This document shows, piece after piece, positions 25,601 to 38,927 of a DNA stretch of 64,000 nt (position 1 is the first letter of the stretch; each line of letters begins with the position of its first letter). The stretch covers positions 310,001 through 374,000 of the forward strand of contig JAQGDQ010000038.1 of the NCBI GenBank assembly GCA_030141605.1. Direction: 5' to 3'. The DNA is from Tubiluchus corallicola (lineage: Eukaryota > Animalia > Priapulida). The position numbers and the translations under genes are program-made. The notes beneath the pieces are model-generated. The model saw only the letters and a list, made by a program, of their open reading frames with translations. It was not told the DNA's origin and ran no database searches.

Positions 25601-26738
25601 TCTGCCAGTTCAATTTTTGGTCTTGGTTTCAGTCCTTTCCAGTGTTAAAATATAGCTATAATCTCTGTAGTATATGTTAGCTAATGCTTAATTTAATACT
25701 CTATAATTGTTTGTATTATAGCCAGCTTATGCACAATATGCAGCAGCTGCTGCTGCAGCTAGGCCGTACGCAACTGTTGCAGCGCAACCTCCTGTATCTG
25801 GAGCTTATGCTGTCGGGTAAGTAAATCTGACACTACATTTAACTTTTCTCTGTCTGTAATACAGAGACGATTCTTAACAAGAGTTGGAATGATAAATATA
25901 AACTCTCACAGTAGAGAAGCACAAGTCATAATATTTCAGTTTACCACCTTGGACCATCTGTTTTTTTATTTATTTGTCTATATATATATGTGTATCCCAT
26001 TTTCTGATAATTTTTAAATATTTCAAATTGATAATCTGTTGTGAGAATGTCGTCTGTACAGATTATGACTTTGTCATCCAGTAGCCTATTGGGAAAGTGG
26101 TGAACTGACGGGTGAGAGAATAGCTGAGCAGTTAAGGTGTGCAACTGAAGTTTTCGTGTGCCATACTGTCCCCTGCTGTTTACTAAAGGAGGGTAAATGT
26201 AAATCCAAGGGCAAGGACACTGTTCACATTTTCAAGGTGATTGTCCTTGACAGTGAGATGATAATTGGTTTTGACCCTGCCACATGTGTAGAGTACCCTC
26301 TTGTTGGGTGCTGGAGCAGGCTTACAGAGTACGGAATTGTGTAAAAAATTATGAAGGTGATGAATTGCTCACTGGTGATAACATCATTGGGGTTGTATTT
26401 TCTGTTTTTGCTGATGTTATATAATAGTTAGTTTTCATTCTGTCATCTCCCCTCTTTACATTTAGGTATGCTGCTGATCCCTATTTACAAGCAGCAGGAG
26501 GGATAGGACCGATGCCGACATACGGGGTAAGAGTTAACTTTTTATTTTAATGTTTCAGTTTTTTCTGCTTTATAGAAAATAACACACTGCTGTGTAGATT
26601 GGCCTTTTAAGTAAATGCTTTCATTTGTTGTTATTTGCTTTGAACATGGCAGGTTGGGTTTGCAATGCATTTACCTTTAATTATTTTTTGTAGGCTGCTG
26701 TGTACAGAGGCGCTTACGGCAGGTTTGCTCCGTATTAG
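4461..26738 (+). CDS. RBFOX: RNA-binding protein Fox-1 homolog (RBFOX), multi-exon; first exon is variable
   Basis: Phase-consistent GT-AG exons: first exon 4461-4625 or 9225-9242, then 13190-13399, 14109(or 14130)-14288, 14608-14661, 18336-18428, 22132-22189, 22566-22722, 23737-23785, 24669-24755, 25722-25816, 26466-26526, 26694-26738. Diagnostic Fox [50 protein letters not shown]...[14 protein letters not shown], an Ala/Tyr-rich C-terminus, and the ending [10 protein letters not shown] (PY-type NLS). Shared body is about 362 aa. Confidence 0.96.
5848..6095. repeat. Degenerate minisatellite, unit about 71 bp, about 3.5 copies
   Basis: Motif G(T/C)CRTC(A)GRA(C/T)AAC..TT(C)CTG recurs at about 5854, 5924, 5996 and 6067; AAACCG..C.GT.AG recurs between copies. 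Confidence 0.8.
9225..9242 (+). CDS. RBFOX: Candidate alternative first coding exon of RBFOX (MLTMPM)
   Basis: ATG TTG ACC ATG CCA ATG|GTAAGC, a strong phase-0 donor. Preceded by a promoter/5'UTR-like stretch with ATTGG (reverse CCAAT) near 9026. Confidence 0.65.
18197..18435 (+). promoter_or_regulatory. Cluster of RBFOX binding elements (T)GCATG around the RRM exon
   Basis: TGCATG at 18197-18202, 18327-18332 (in the 3' splice site) and 18430-18435 (overlapping the 5' splice site); GCATG at 18306-18310. Confidence 0.85.
18336..18428 (+). CDS. RBFOX: 93-nt RRM cassette exon of RBFOX ([31 protein letters not shown])
   Basis: tgcatgcag|GGT...GAG|gtgcatg; phase 0/0; contains RNP1. Missed by the ORF track. 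Confidence 0.95.
19921..19934. promoter_or_regulatory. Consensus X-box (RFX site) in an RBFOX intron
   Basis: GTTGCCATGGAAAC matches the canonical 14-bp X-box; function is not demonstrable from sequence. Confidence 0.5.
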
Positions 26739-28975
26739 TGTCAATGACCATCCTCGACTGGGACTTATCCTACTGTGTATCGTGTTCCCATTCACTGTGA
26801 AATACTTTCACTTTTTCTGCTGTTGAGAGGTTACATGCTTAGTTGATATGCTTGACAATGAGTATTGTTTATAAAATGGTTACGCTTCACTTCAAGATCC
26901 ATTTTCATGGATCAACAATGTTTAAGTAATGGGGGCTGGGTTTGCTAAACAGCCTAGTTAATTAGTATTTAGACTGTCCTAGCAGGTACTTGTTCAATAA
27001 CTTAACCTAAGCTGTTATATTTACAAACAAACAGTAAAAGATTGTTGTTTGCCGCATAGATTAATTAGCACGCAATAGTCAGGTGCTGTATGTAGTTTTA
27101 TGTCCTCCCTTTTAAAATGGCTGGTAATTTAATACCTGCGACCTAATCACTTTATAGATGTAATGTATGCATGTCTGACTCAAAGTAGCTTCGTTTCTCT
27201 TAACACACAGCCAGCACAGTGAATGTTACAAACTTGTGAATGAAAACATGATCATTCATCATGTAGAATAGTCTCTAGATTGAGATGTTAACTTAATCTC
27301 ATCTCCAAAGTATCTGAGCAGTATTAGCCTTGTATGAAACACTGATTATTTCAGCAAAGTGGGAGAATGTGTATTAATATCAGATGGATGATATTTTAGC
27401 ATAATATTAAGCTGGCAGCGTTAAACACATGCCAATAATAATTATTATTACATTTATTGTACATAAGCGTATTGTGTGTTTCTGGTAAACAGCATAATAC
27501 AGTTTTGTTTTTCTTGCACAGTCAAAATAACATTGATGTAGTTGTATGCTGTTTTGAACATCACAGTGCACTTGTCATATTTCTTTTGCTTAACAATATA
27601 GCTTTTAAAACTTCACATGAATTGCTTGAGTTCAGCATGTTGGCGCAAAATGTTTTTCTGCAGAAGCTATAGAACTTTATTTGATATTGATAAAGTAGTT
27701 TTTAAATTTTGCCGCAGAATTAACTTGTACAGTTCATTCAATTTTACTTATACCTTTGATTAACCGTTTGTTGTTGAAAAATTGTGTACATTTAGTGCTA
27801 TGTATCTTGCCACTCGTATTATATATCAGAATCTCTGAAGCAATACTAAGTCTTTTTTCCTTTATGTCTTGTGTGTATATACCGTTATTGGATTTGTGAT
27901 GATAAAAATTTAATTTGCTTTGTTTGCACAGTTGCGTGGCTGCATACATTAGGTAGACAGTTTGACAACGCATTCTGTAATATAGTAAGACAACATAAGT
28001 TCTCTGGTTACACACAGTTATTAGATTATTTGTGTATCTTCATTCTACGCAAATACTAGTTTAATTAATGCATGTTTAGTCATTTTTAAGCTCAGTATTT
28101 TTTCTGTTTTATTTATGATAGGAATTGTAACAGCTTGTTATGTAAGGGAAATATATTCTATCCTAGGTTTTCTAATGTTTATCATTATACACTTAAGATC
28201 TTTCGTTATCTTTACCCATTGCTGGTACTACATTCAAGTTCCTAATTTGCGTTACGTTCCATTTAAAATGCTTATACATAGTGCTCATTTTTGCTGTATG
28301 TTACCAATGTTACCATGATTTGCATATATGTGGTGACTGCAAATAAAAAAATCTCACGTATCTTCTATGATCACGACAAATTTTGGGGCTGATGCTACAA
28401 TGTCAAACTCGTTATGCTGCTATATTGACATTTTGTTCTTGATCAAGACAAATGTCAAGTAATTGTAAGAATACTCAAGTTTTTATGTCGTAAATATTGT
28501 ACTGAAATGTTTAGATACAAGTAGCTAGTGTCAGATTTATAGTTTTTCATGACTCATAACCCTTCAAATTTAAGTGCTTACAATACATTACATTGTTACG
28601 TGTATTGTTAGTAAGCTATAGATTTTATTTGCAAGAGAATTCACTTTAAGTCTAGTGATAAAATGTAGATAGAATAAATTTGACTTGATTGGCCTAGTTC
28701 ATTTGTTATACATGTGCCCATAAACAAAGTTTGTTCCGTATAAAATTTATTTATCCATCTGCATGATTTCGGAAGTAAAAAATTGGTTATTAGACAAAGT
28801 TAAGTTGAACCTTTATTAAGTTAGAAAAACCTACACATCAGTCTATGATGGTTTGAACATTATTAGATATTATTTATTTAAATATTCTTTGCTTGGATGA
28901 TGTGTTACTTCTGTCTCCCATCAACTAGTCAACAACATCTGTATATTGAAATAAAGTTTTGAATCTCATCTTTTT
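26739..28975 (+). other. RBFOX 3'UTR (about 1.6 or 2.2 kb) with candidate polyA signals
   Basis: AATAAA at 28342-28347 and 28950-28955; TGCATG at 27168, 28069 and 28760. Ends are inferred. Confidence 0.5.
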
Positions 28976-29674
28976 GTATGGTTTCATTTCAAAGCAAAAT
29001 TTGGCTGTATTTTCTACAACATATTAACATGTGTAACTCAATACATGTACTGCTGCTTCACCTGAGCTACTCAATCAATGAATTTCAGGCATTACAATTA
29101 AGGTTACTTTGTTAAAGAAAGCTTACTGAAAAATTATAAGCCAGTAAGAACTTGAACAATTGACCTTGTGATTAGAACTCTTATAAAAGCCCACATAGAA
29201 GAACAGATCAGTATCCTCATCTTTGTAGCCAAATACAATAGACAGAGGTCAATAGTTGGCACAGTGTTTTGTAATAGCACTCTGCAATATTTGTGTTGCC
29301 ATCTGCTATTACTTAAGACAAACTAGTGTATCTTTAGTGTACTGTGTGCATGATAGTTGGATTTTGGTGAGGTTGGTCTATAAACAAAGATGGCGTACTC
29401 ACTATATTTAGTAGCAAACCAGAAGTTATATGAGGCTGATACTGATTGAAACCATAATAAATTACGGTACAAAGAGGTACAGTGTACATAGCGAAACAAA
29501 TACTAAGCGAATTTACATTGTAACTGTTTATTTAAATGTTAAAAGCGCATACAATTGCATGTAAACAGCTTGCCTAGCGTGGCTGTTTCATAAAAAATGA
29601 ATAAGTGGTCTTGTTTGTTCAGTTTGGCACATGCAGCAAGCTCAAATATACCACCTTTATAGTGTCCAGAGCAA

Positions 29675-32600
29675 TCAAGCTTTAGGTTGATTATTATTAT
29701 GATGTTTCTCACTCATCTTTTTTCTCGTACTGTAACGATAAAACATTAATTTTCGTTCATCTTGTGTCTTTTTGTCATCTGCTGAGGAATCATGATCACG
29801 ATCATACACAAGAAACTGATAGTAATTAGTATGGTTATAAAACACTAATTTTGCTTTTAAACATGCGTATTTCATTAACAAACTTGCACTTTTAGTCGTA
29901 TGAGACGTAAATGAGATGATAGAAAATGTGAATTAAGCAGACCAGTCCTAAGCAGATTTCAATGTGTAATCGATCTGACATATTGTAAAGCTATTGAGTG
30001 CATGCAATTCAAAAGATACCAAAGCCTGCATTCTTTCTTACAAAATATTAGAGCAAAATTTAAGCACGATCAGTAACAATATCAAACATCTCAGCATTTC
30101 GTATCATAAGTAACTATTGTTACATTGTTTGTTTGTGCTCATACCTCTTGATTTGCATCTTGTGTGCTTTCTTCGTCAATTATACCAAATCCAACAAGCT
30201 CCTCTTCTTCTGAAGCGTCGTCTTCTTCCTTTTCATCTTCCTTTTCACTTTCCTGCTCTTTCTGTTCTTGGTATTTCGATGTCGACGAATAAAAATCTTT
30301 TTCAGCTCGACTTACTAGATTTTCATAACCAGAATCTAAAGCATACTTAGCCATTAATCCAGCAGAACAATTTGAGGATACTATAATTTCTGAAAAGTGT
30401 TTCTGCATCATCTAGTCAAAAACTTAACAACAAAAAATCTATATATACAAAAATGCCATGTATATTGCAAAATGCAACAATTCACTCACTTGATAGTAGC
30501 TATACGTGCAATGAATGCAAAAACAAAGTCAGTTTAATGATGCCATTTCTGTAGCAATGCCTACTTAGGAGATTTAAAAGATAAACTCTACTTTAGCCAT
30601 CATAAAAATTTCAGTTGTACAATTGTTGTTTGTATAAAGTGAACGTAGGTAAAAATTGCAGAGAAAAAAATTGCACGGTAAAAATGATACAGGAAAAATG
30701 GCACAATGTTATTTTGATGCAAAATTTTTTATAAAAAACTAGAATATGCTTAGGAGAAATGGCAAAAAATCCTAAAGACATTCGACTAATTTTTTGACAG
30801 AAGACAAAACAAAGATAAACAAGCAAATATGCAAAAATATACCTGTATAAGTATTACATAGACTATGAAACGCTCACAAAATATTTTGTTCTTTAAATAG
30901 AATTATAGTTCAATAACGCACGAACATTCCACATAGTGTTTGTCTATAATTCTTTAACAATTTGGTGACGGTAATAGATTGACAAATATACGTATTTGCA
31001 TGCTAAGTCAGCTTATAAGGCTACACACATGTATAAGCAAAGGCTGTAGACTGTGTTACACAGTTTCCAAGTGAATATTTCTCAAAATGGAAATTGGAAT
31101 TAATTTGTACTTTACTTGTTTATCCAGATGAAGATAATAAAAAACAATTACCCTATCGTGTAGCCAAGTTCTCTTTCCAAAGAGTTCTAACACTCCCTCT
31201 GAGACTTCCATGAAGTGCTTCACGAATGTTTTTTGTACTTGATGTTTGGTAAATTTTTGATAAAAAAAAATAACGGGCAAATAAATGCTCATTTTGGCAG
31301 CTTTCACTCTCTTGATCCTCCTGTCCAGGAGTACACATCTTTCTTGTCTCCTGCCCACATTCTCCACAAGATTTCATGGAAATCTGTTAAGTAGTTTTTG
31401 TATAATAGTCTTACTACTGTATAGTAGCAATAACAACTTCTTTGGCAGAGAAAAAATTAAAAAAATTAATTATCCCCTACAGAAACCCTAACCCTAAACA
31501 CATATTTTAAAAATGTGCCATTTTTTTCTATTTACACAATTGTTCCCTTTTTTCCTTTACCATCTTTTCTGGTGCCATTTTTACCGTGCTATTATTAGTT
31601 ATGCCATTTTTGCCGTCCACTGTATAAAGTGTCTGTTTCAGGATTTTTTCTTCATACCTTTGCTAATACTACCACGTCCTGTAAGATATCCTGTAGCACT
31701 TTTTCCTTTCCCTTTCAGTTTCAGCTCTCTCTGTCTAGATTCTAAAACTTTTTCTCTTCTTGTTTCTCTCTCAAAAATCTACAACGATTAGAAGAGTTAC
31801 ATAAGACATAAAATGGCAAGTCAGTATTTCAGTCTATGTCTGCCTGACTTTTGTTATGTCATTATGACAAGTAATAACAGTTGAGAACGGTATTATAACC
31901 TAGCAACTACCATAGCAGTACCACAGTGGTTATACATGATAATAATCAACACTCACAGCAGTGACTACAGGTTTCTCGTTTCTTTGCAGGGTATACAAGC
32001 CTGCAGACAATTCAAGAAGTGTAGTTGTTCCAGTCTCTGAGCCAACAGCAATAAATTGACCATTATCTTGAATGCGCAATGCTTGCAATGAATCATCTGA
32101 TATCTACAATACGCAAGAATTCAAAAATGTTTTAACATACAGAAGGAGTAAACAAAAGCATTGAATAAAAAGCCTATGAATTAGCAAAAGCCTGTTTAAT
32201 ATTACCATTTTTCATAATGCTATCACCAAACTAGACATTTAATACAATCAGAATGCATTGTATTTTGCAAGAGACTGATATGTACAATTAGTCAGGGATC
32301 CAAAATTATTTTGTTTGAAATAGCGTGCCCATTCCTCAGTAAGTTTCCATCAATGTCTAACTTTTAGTTAGAAATATGACTGCACTTCATTATGTACATA
32401 AGCATAAGAACAGATACAAAGAAAGAATTGTCACAGTTACCTTTAAGCTGAGGGTAGGCGAATCCTGCTTAAAAATACAATCCCAGATGTCTAAACAGCC
32501 ATTAGATCTTGTTGTGTAAAACACAGCCGGCCTGGTTGGACACCAACAACCATCAGTTAGAGATGATTCATGATGCCTATAAAAATTGAAAGAAGACGAG

Positions 32601-35600
32601 ACTAAAAAATTGGTTAGATGACTTTCAGGCACTACACACATAGTATTTTTTACTCAAATATGGGTTTTAATTGTCAAAAAAAATGCAGACATTTTCTGAA
32701 TCTTACTTGTAATGTCTTAGCATAAAATTTGCCGTGTGCAGAAAATTAACTCGCTCTCATCATGTCATTTGAATCACCCAATCATCTTGAATTAATAAAA
32801 GTAACCAATACACAATTTATCAACAAATCATGCAAATTAACAATACGTGATTCACAAATTATGTATTACGAATGTTTGATATATAAAAAAATTGTAACAA
32901 AAATAAATAAAATTTGCTTAAAATGTGCTAGTTTTGAATAATAATTCAAAATTGTCGTACACAGAGCACATATTTTAATAACAATGTTTTACCTAGACCA
33001 CATTACAGAACTTTCTCGTATGTCCTCTGACCATATTCGTACAGTCCAATCAGCCACAGAAAGAAAATTTTTGACAAAAAATGGATTTCGTTGTAAGGCG
33101 TATATGGGACCTGCAAATGAAATCTGTTAATTACCATAAAATAAGTTTCCATGCTCACCTGACTGTAACTGGATGAACATTTGGTGTCAAAGCTGCTATT
33201 TACCTATGGAAATCAATTAGCAATTAGAAACATAAATATCCCTTTTGAAGTGCAGGCTAATGTGTCGCCATGGCAGCACACTGCTACTGCATCATAAAGG
33301 GTAGCCTAATAGAGGTACTCCGTAAAGAAAGATTTAAGCTAAATCCCATACAGCATAGTTTAAAATTACTTACCTATTAACATAGTTTAAAGTTTTGTTT
33401 TAGTTGAGGAGAAACAGTTAAACGTTTTATATTATAAAAGCAACCTGCTTCATGCCATCTTGGTTTTCAACTGGTGAAAATAAACAGCAGCTACTGCATT
33501 TTCAGACGTACCATACTATAATGGGTATTCCTCTTACTAATTACGTAAGATTTTGCGATAGCAGAATCTTCTAAAATCCTCTTGATCATCAGAAGTTGCA
33601 GTGGTGAACTTGGATGCGTACCAAAATATGGAGATACAACTATGGGTCTGATTAAGCGAATGCTGTAAGTGGAACTCCACCTGTGATTCTTCTTTGCATT
33701 CCAGCATTTTTAGATGCCTATTTTAATACCAAATCTGGGCTTTTCAGAGAGCGCTTTTTTAATTCTTTAAAAGATTACATTTTGAGACGCTCAACTCAGT
33801 TTGTCATTTATCAGTTTCCGATATTGCAAATTAGCCTCCTTGAGTCTTAAACTGACGAAAAATTTCCATTTCTTTAACAAAAAGCTTTATGTATGTCACA
33901 GAATAAAGTATCTTTGTTGTGTTTATTCCATGGCATAGGTATTATCACTGCAGCTAAGAGCAATGGCATCCCTATTCTACGTGCTACATTCACAGACAAT
34001 TTTTTCGTTTTGTCTAGCACCGTAGACCAGTGATTCTATTTGGAAAAAGTGAGGCGATATTTATGTTAAAGTAACAGTGGGTAAAAATTGAGAGAAATAT
34101 TTCAAAACTGGCAGAAAGGGCAGTTAGTCTCCTGATGAAATCAAGAATTTGGAATGTCTGTATTTGAAGCTTTGCGATAGAAAGTTTGCAAGTGATCAAT
34201 GCCTTGATACATTCTTCAAGGTACCCTACTCTTGGTCGCTAATGGTTTATGCTACCAGGCTGCTGTGTACAAAGTAGGCCTATACCAAAATTTAGTTCAA
34301 GTTACTCCATTGATATATTGCTTCAAACCCTAATGATGAAAAGGTGGTCTTACAAAGGCAGACTTGATTCTACTTTGAATAGCTTGTGTTGTGCAATATT
34401 ACAAGCTAAAAAATTTGTTCGGATATTAGATTACAATGTCAAAGCCCGACTAGACCGATATCTGCAAAAAGTACACGTATAGCACAGGTATAAAAGATAG
34501 ATTTTTCACTTACTGATAATATGCATAAATTTTGCCAAGCAATTCAGTGTTCTATGCCGATTGACATTAATGATCTCACGATTAGCGCACGCACTTCAAA
34601 ATCAAGATGGCACTACGCAGTCCGTTTCATGATAAGAAATTTGAAAGTTCAGTACAACATAATGAAGCTTTAAATTTAATGAAACAGTATTTCACTTTCA
34701 CTGTACGAACATTAATTTAAATCTTGCTTTATAAAATGCTTCCACTCCCCATCAATTGTTTTACATGTAACAGAAAAGCAATGAAAAAGAAAGGTTCATT
34801 AAATTTTCTGTAGAAAATCAGGGCTCTGAAAAGCCATCATGATATTAGTTCTCCTAAAGTTTGCTGTAGCAATTTATTAGCCACAACCAAATTTGCTAAA
34901 TGATTAAAAAACTTTAAACGAAAACAATACTCTTTTCTATTCATTGTGCTTCTTATATTCCTGACAAGGGCATATTTACCAAAAGACTAACTAGACTGTA
35001 GCCTAAGGTGCCAAAATTTGAGGGGCGCCAGATTTAGGGGCCCAACGTTAAAGAATTCTTAATCTCAATGCATACCCTTTCATATTCGTATAAAGTGTGT
35101 ATCTTACAAAACACTACAGGCAGTTATTTAATTTGCTTTTATATACGTGCCGTATAACAAACTATTACAATTATTAAATAAAAAATACTACACCGCAAGC
35201 AGTTACGCAATCTGCTTACATATAAAAGCTACGCAAATGAATGCTTGAGTGACAACCACATATACATTACTTTGTTTACTGTACTAAGTAAGAGTGCTTT
35301 AAAATGCATTGCTTTTCATAAACAATCTTAAGTTTATGACACAAATGACTGAAACTAAACTATCAGCCTATAGGGCATCCTAATGTACAAATACAACTGG
35401 AATAACACAGATATAGCAATTCAAGTGTAAGTACAGTAACAACAAAAACGTCGAAAAAAATCACCTTTATGACCAGAATATACAGCTACAATTTTATCCG
35501 CAGGACTTTTTCCCTTTCTGTTACATGAAATTATGGTTCCATGTTCTGTCCCAACCATGAATTTTGTAGGCTGAAAACATATTGTAAAAAATGTATTTAT

Positions 35601-38600
35601 AAAAAGCTCTCTAACACAAATCACGGCTCTACCATTTTCTGACAAATCTAAACTTACTCAACTAAAAAATGTGTTCTCCCAAACACCATTACAATATCAC
35701 CTTCTTGTACAAGCAATGTACTTACAACTGGTATTTGATTTGAAAGAGATAATAAAGATTTGACAGTATCACAATAAAACAAAAAGCTTACTATAGTCGA
35801 CTCATATTCCAAAGATGTAGCTCCATGAGCAGCTGCTATATTGCCTTTCTTTGTTGGGTCTAGAATCAGTGTTTCCGTTGGCTCCCCAAATTTTCGTATG
35901 TCCCACCATAACACCTGCAGGAAGTAAAGTCAAAATTCTGTTGAGCAATATTAATTAAATTTCTATGTACAAAGAACTGTTTAAGACAAAAATAAAATTA
36001 CCTGTCCATCAGTAGAAGCAGAAAAACACTCTGTTCCTGTCTTACTGTGCAACCAGATAGTTTTATACACTGGGTCATGATGACTGTTCTCAACCTTTGA
36101 AGTATCAACTGGATAAGAGCCTTTTCGTGTGTCCCAAAAAGCTTAAAAATACGACAATTCACTGTTTAATATAGATATAGTACATAAGACAAGCCGTCAC
36201 AGTTAAAATCATTGTCAGCATGAATTTGTCAAGTTAAGCAAAGTCTGAACAAGGAACAATTAGTTCAGGTAAGCAAGTCAAATTATTAGTTTGATACATA
36301 CCGACTTGTCCGTTGTACCATCCACCAGCAATTATATGTGAATCTTTCGGATTGTATTCTAGGCACACAACAGGTGACATTGGTTTTAGTGTAAGTTCAG
36401 GACGATTAGGATTTTCTATATCCCATACAAATGAATCTAAACTTGTTTGCGTAGCATGTCGCTGAAATCGTAAGGTACTGTAAGCAACGGCAAGTTTCCT
36501 TGCACCGTCTGGAACCCATGATAAACTTGTTGCTGGTCGTTTGATTTCAGATGGATCTCTAAAAAAATTAAGTTATTTATTGTTAAACGCTGCCCAAAAA
36601 TAAAAATATTGCACAACGGGCTGTAAATTTTTATTGCAGACATGCAACTCATACTACTGATGTGATATGATGAGATCATTCTTTGATGCAAATTTGAATT
36701 TTAAGACTAATCACCAAGAACTCTCTACATTTTCTATCTGAGCACATACAGGAATCAACAAGTTTTTCAATGTTCATGTACAGTTCGTTAATGAAATTTA
36801 ATGGAAAACAGTAGCTGAGGAAAGAACTGACCGAAATATATTAATTGTTTTTGCCGAAGGAGTTTCAACAGCAGTTTCTGCATCAAGTTGATCAAAAAAT
36901 TCCTGATAGATATCAACAGCATTGTTTTGTTTTATGGTATGCTCCATAACCTGATAATAAGAAATAGAAACTAACATATCCTAATTTGCAAAATCAATTT
37001 TTTTACTCGCATAAAAGCATGCATATAGTACAAGTCTTTGCTGACAGTTATCTTATCGTTATAAATAAACTCAAGGTCAAGGTGATTATAATATTGTACA
37101 AATAATCTTATCATAAGATTTTTTATCTATATTACCTGACTTATAGCAATGGTTAACAAAGGAAAACATAAAATGACAGTCAACTACAGTCTTACAATTT
37201 GCTGACTAAAGTAGACTTATATTCAATAACTAAATTTATTTGTGGCAAAATGACTATGATAAAAAGTGCTTCCAATTATTTATGATGTTATATCAGATAA
37301 ATGCTAATTAGGGATGTACCGAAAATTCAGATCACGGAATTTTTTCCCGGAGTGTCAGTATAAAAATCCGGTCCGGTAAACTTCGGTTGTAATCACAAAA
37401 GGTTCGGCAAACCTTTGACATTCTGATGTCACTTTTTACTAATTGTCATATTTGGTGAAAATTATGTTAAACAAACCGAATAAAATGCTTATAAAAAGTT
37501 ATCCGAAAAAAGCTAACAGTAAACAGCAAACATGGCACAATGGCTGACATTTTGCTTTCTGCTTCTGTACGATAACTAGAAGAATGTGCTTCACCGTCGG
37601 TACACATGCAACTACATAAGTTGCGCCAATATGCAAAATGATGGCAGTACTGTATTAGACACGACCAATGAGAACTCGAGCTACCAAACAATTATACTAT
37701 TGCAGTTTTGCTTAAAAACTGATTTAATTGATTGTACAAAACAGTTTGAACAGCTGGGGCTGCTTTTCAAATACTTAGTAGTAACGTTAGCCATTAAGTA
37801 CGAACACAAATTTAGTAATTTTACTCAGAACGATTTTACTCAGCTCAAAAATCACCACTAACTTAAAACGATAAAACATTATAGAGTTTATAATTCTTTG
37901 GATTACAAGAAAATTCGGTTTAGTGTGGGTAAAAAATTTCATTTCGCTTCAGTCCGGTAGTCCAATTTAACTCAATATTTTATTCAGGATTCAATTCGGC
38001 AGCATGACCGATCATTCAGTTCAGCTTCGGTTCGGTGGCACCCAAGCATAAAAAGTCGTCTTTGGTTCAGCTGACAAAAATGTGCATTTGGTATACCTGT
38101 AGTGCTAGCATAAGAGCACTATGGCTTCAATTGTGCCAACACTCCCCTCTGTCAAATTGGATACACCCTACTTGTGACGTAGGCATTACTACTTAACTGT
38201 CAGCCTCCGCTAATCTGGGCTTCCCTGTTGTAAGCCAGCTGTAACATTACCACATTTGGCTGATGAGTCTGTTGCTATGAAACTTCTTTACTGTTTTTAA
38301 TAAAATAGTTTATTATGCCTAAATCGGTGCAGTTTCCTGTTAGTGACTTTACACTAATATTCATGTTTAATTTTTACCCCTCCCAGGTTGAGGATCGAAT
38401 TAATGTAATTCTCATCTTTTTCCACTTTTTTGCGAAACCGAATTGTTTGTTCCACTTCAGCTGGATTTACATCTTTCGGCCATCCACCTTCAAAGTGGTT
38501 TACTCCATGCGCATCCGTTTCAAATCGTTCTGTGTTAACCTGCAATGAAAACATAGAATTCGTTCAAACCTCTTAATCCTAGTGAACATTTACAGTTCAA

Positions 38601-38927
38601 TTCTTCTAAAAATGCCAGACGAGTAGAAATTGTGTAGAAATAATCAAAATTTTTCAAATAATATTACACAATTATGGAAATGGATTTACCAAATTACCAA
38701 AAAGGTTTTTTCTGTGCATTAGTAGTTGCCATAATCAGTATTACCTCATGTTCAGAAGCATCATAGCCACACTGTATGGCCCTGTCTGTCAAGTTCTTCT
38801 CAATGTATTCTGATGCAAGTGCATGATCTGGGACAATGTCAACAAGTAGTTCTGCTGTCCTATCTGCAAAATGACACTGGCGACCAAATTCACTCCTCTT
38901 TTTTGAGTACACATAGACAATATCCAT
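29675..38927 (-). CDS. DNAI2: Dynein axonemal intermediate chain 2 (WD40; outer-arm dynein IC)
   Basis: 13 phase-consistent exons: 38927-38745, 38539-38378, 36950-36832, 36558-36302, 36141-36002, 35914-35792, 35570-35465, 33110-32993, 32576-32441, 32103-31957, 31778-31658, 30389-30145, 29815-29675 (about 665 aa). Hallmarks: [61 protein letters not shown]. The last two exons are less certain. Confidence 0.95.
30639..31620. mobile_element. Foldback/MULE-like non-autonomous DNA element in a DNAI2 intron
   Basis: Inverted arms made of ~15-bp GGTAAAAATGGCAC-type subrepeats (exact GCACGGTAAAAATG at 30673-30686 versus its reverse complement at 31576-31589). Ends GTGAACG / CGTCCAC. Flanked by the direct repeat TGTATAAA(GTG) at 30631 and 31621. 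Confidence 0.75.
37309..38101. mobile_element. hAT-like MITE in a DNAI2 intron
   Basis: Degenerate TIRs TAGGGATGTACCGAA / TTTGGTATACCTGTA, subterminal TTCGG/CCG repeats at both ends, and decayed 8-bp flanks ATGCTAAT / GTGCTAGC. Confidence 0.65.

Noticed and set aside
31480-31500. Interstitial telomere
   Set aside because: Only two CCCTAA units, located inside a TE arm.
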